Shown here one piece after another: positions 5,923-8,539 of a DNA stretch of 8,539 nt. A program made the translations under genes and the position numbers. The notes beneath the pieces are model-generated. The model made no database searches. It saw only the letters and a program-made list of their open reading frames with translations, and was not told the DNA's origin. Numbering within the stretch: the stretch's first letter is position 1; every line of letters starts with the position of its first letter. This stretch comes from Paraphysomonas bandaiensis. Taxonomy: Eukaryota > Protista > Chrysophyceae. The stretch covers positions 1-8,539 of the forward strand of contig CBFFRP010000010.1 in NCBI GenBank assembly GCA_965644295.1. The letters are read 5' to 3'.

Positions 5923-8153
5923 TTATTTCAGACGTATTTTGGAAACATCGTGAATTCCGTCCAATCCTTTCAGAAGGGTCATGACTCTAGCAGGAATGTC
6001 ATTGTCCAGAGAGTACAGACCTAGTACTTGTTGAGGCTTGCTGTCTGCAGGACTGGCATCTTTTGCGCGAATTAGGTTCACATTAGCAATGTTGACATCG
6101 GCAGAGTGAAGCATGTCCAGGATCTTGGACACTGCACCAGGCCTGTCCTCATTCTTGCATAACAGGAGATAATTTCCATCAGGCTTGAAAGTAAACGCAT
6201 CGTAGTGGGTGTCCATGTTTACAATGTACGGTGCGGTACCGAACACAGATCCTGTGACCACGTTTCTCTGGCCGTTGTCCCATGTAACAGTTATGGAAAC
6301 AAGGTTACGGTAGTGCTCCGTGATGACATTCACGGGGGGATCTTGGACGATAATCGTAGATATATCCGCCTCCTTCGCTATGATAGGGGCGGAGATGAGA
6401 TCTGGTGTAACTTTGTCGACTACATACAAAAATATGGGCTTTAGATTAATGTTGCACGGTCACAAATCACGTTGGAACAAGCAAAACGAATACAGAGAAA
6501 CGCAATATATACAAACATCCACTACAAGGTCACCACAAAAATATATCCGTCACCACACGACGACTTACACATATATCCGTTCTTGATCATTCCCTGTAGA
6601 GCCATAGCCTCTATCAGCTGTCTAGCGATAGGTGTCGTGATTGAAGCATCACGACCACCCCATGTGCGGGTTTCGAGTCGCACCACACGCCCTTCCGACA
6701 TCTGGGACGCTACTGAGCCCAGAAGTTCCGCCAGAGCCATGAAGGGCTTCATGTGGGTTTGAGTGGAGGCAGAAATATACGGCACGTTTACAATTCCGAC
6801 AAACTGCAAAGTACAATTACATTGTATATGAATGGGCAATAGGAAGCAGACTTACATCTCTCTGGTCGAACACGTCGCACATTTGGGTGGCAATATCTCG
6901 CGCGACATTAACCTGTGCTTCGTCGGTAGACGCACCGAGATGAGGGGTACACACGAGATTAGGATGGGCGATAAGGGGTTTAAGATTATCCTTCGGGGGT
7001 TCGGAGGTATACACATCCAGTGCCGCAACGCTTACTTGGCCTGAAGTATAGACAGTCATCTCCTATATCCAGTTGAGCTCTCTGTATTTTATACCTGACT
7101 CAAGGGCTCTGAGAAGAGCCTCCTCATCTATAATACCACCACGGGCACAATTGACAATACCGACTCCTTTTTTGCACTGTGCTAGAGTAGTGTCATTGAT
7201 GAGGTTCGTGGTATCAGGGGTCAAGGGTGTGTGGACTGTAATAAAATCACTATGAGCCCAGATGGTCTCGAGGGAGGCTTTGCGAATGCCTAGGGAATCC
7301 AGAGTCTTAGTGTCAAGCACTGGGTCATACCTAAGAAACAAAATTAGACTACCATTAAAAAAATTATAAATAAGAGTCAGATATCCTCAGGCACTAATAA
7401 AGCATTCTAACTGCACAAAACGCTTACCCCAGCACAGCCATTCCCATAGACTTAGCAAGTTGCGACATAACCTGACCAATCCTGCCACAGCCCACAACGC
7501 CAAGTGTCTTCCCTTGAAGTTCCGTCCCCTTGAATTCCTTCGGTGTCCATTTACCTGAGCACAAACGAAACTTCATAAGAGTGGTACACTGGTGGCAGCA
7601 TGCCTACATTTCTCACATACCTGATTTAACTGACATATTCGCAGCAGGAATACGGCGAGCCATGTTACATAGTAGTGACATGGCCAACTGGGCAGTTGAC
7701 ACAGTGTTGCCATTAGGGGTGTTCATTACCATAATTCCTTGCTTAGTGGCCTCCTTCAGATCGATGTTATCAACACCAACACCTATAGACAATTATTCAT
7801 ATCAGTGATTCACTACTAATTAAGAGGATATAAGTGCACCAGCTCTGCCAACAACTCTCATCTTCTTGGCTGCTTGTAATATCTGAGCATTGACCTGATA
7901 GAGCATATTCATATATATTATGCATAAGTATACACTCAGATACCTTTGTAGCACTTCTGACAACGAGTCCATCGTATTCTCCAATCACCTCAACGAGTTT
8001 ATCGGCAGGCATGGTCGGAACGAGATCGACTTCATGACCGCGTGATTTAAAGACATCTACGCATACCTGATCCACTTTATCAGTGGCTAAGATGCGAGCA
8101 AGTCTGTTAGAAGACGCATGAAAGCTGCGCTTGGTAATGAAGCGGGAGAGCAT
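5923..8153 (-). CDS. PHGDH: D-3-phosphoglycerate dehydrogenase, type I (substrate- and NAD-binding domains, ASB, ACT), 8 exons, 568 aa, probable mitochondrial presequence
   Basis: Hand-spliced exons on the minus strand: 8153-7944, 7894-7840, 7782-7621, 7554-7428, 7330-7095, 7040-6856, 6803-6569, 6419-5923 (1707 nt, frame preserved). GT-AG introns of 49, 57, 66, 97, 54, 52 and 149 nt. Motifs: [28 protein letters not shown], Rossmann GCGRIG, HTPLT, NCARGG (Arg), DVYTSEPP (Glu), TPHLGAST (catalytic His), [11 protein letters not shown]...VNIANV. Intron 7 boundaries are the least certain. Confidence 0.96.
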
Positions 8154-8272
8154 GGTTGCTATGTGAGGCAGTTCGGTGTGGTTAAATGGAGCATTGAACG
8201 GTAGCAAACACCATGCTGCTGTACTTGCAATACTCCATAGAATACATCTATAGAATACTGAATACACACCGC

Positions 8273-8419
8273 ATGTATGTATGCATGTATGCAAGTATGT
8301 ATGTATGTATGTATGTATGTATGTATGCATGTATGCATGTATGCATGTATGTATGTATGTATGTATGTATGTATGTATGTATGTATGTATGTATGTATGT
8401 ATGTATGTATGTATGTATG

Positions 8420-8451
<32 letters not shown>

Positions 8452-8527
8452 TGTATGTATGTATGTATGTATGTATGTATGTATGTATGTATGTATGTAT
8501 GTATGTATGTATGTATGTGCGTACGTA
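8273..8527. repeat. Long (TATG)n/(CATA)n tetranucleotide microsatellite, about 60 units
   Basis: Near-perfect ATGT repeat 8273-8518 with ATGC variants at the left end, a 2-nt slip near 8421 and a degenerate gcgtacgta right edge. Confidence 0.98.
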
Positions 8528-8539
8528 ACTGAACGAAGT

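Noticed and set aside
6205-7808. Plus-strand ORFs 6205-6444, 6320-6586, 6472-6762, 6832-7044, 7073-7255 and 7530-7808
   Set aside because: Antisense shadows of PHGDH exons.
8277-8532. ORFs 8277-8528 and 8281-8532, and the MHTYIHTY... start of ORF 7797-8330
   Set aside because: Translations of the (TATG)n microsatellite; the plausible PHGDH start is the ATG at 8153.

Overview
AT-rich eukaryotic nuclear DNA with short GT-AG introns, most consistent with a protist and probably a stramenopile (inference). Two intact multi-exon genes lie on the minus strand: a longin-domain R-SNARE of the VAMP7 family (809-1817, 4 exons, 232 aa, with Asn in place of the zero-layer Arg) and a type I D-3-phosphoglycerate dehydrogenase (5923-8153, 8 exons, 568 aa, with a mitochondrial-type presequence). 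Between them are (i) a 755-bp non-autonomous hAT DNA transposon (3390-4144) with perfect 26-bp TIRs, an 8-bp TSD, palindromic subterminal repeats and a decayed transposase C-terminus that the ORF track largely misses, (ii) about 1.3 kb of unidentified, partly broken protein-like reading frames (2030-3310), and (iii) unexplained non-coding DNA with weak LTR-like and hairpin signals. (TATG)n microsatellites begin about 120 bp upstream of both start codons. I see no convincing wholly novel system; the best leads are the hAT element, the N-layer SNARE, the mitochondrial PHGDH and the unidentified ORF block. All exon models were derived by hand.
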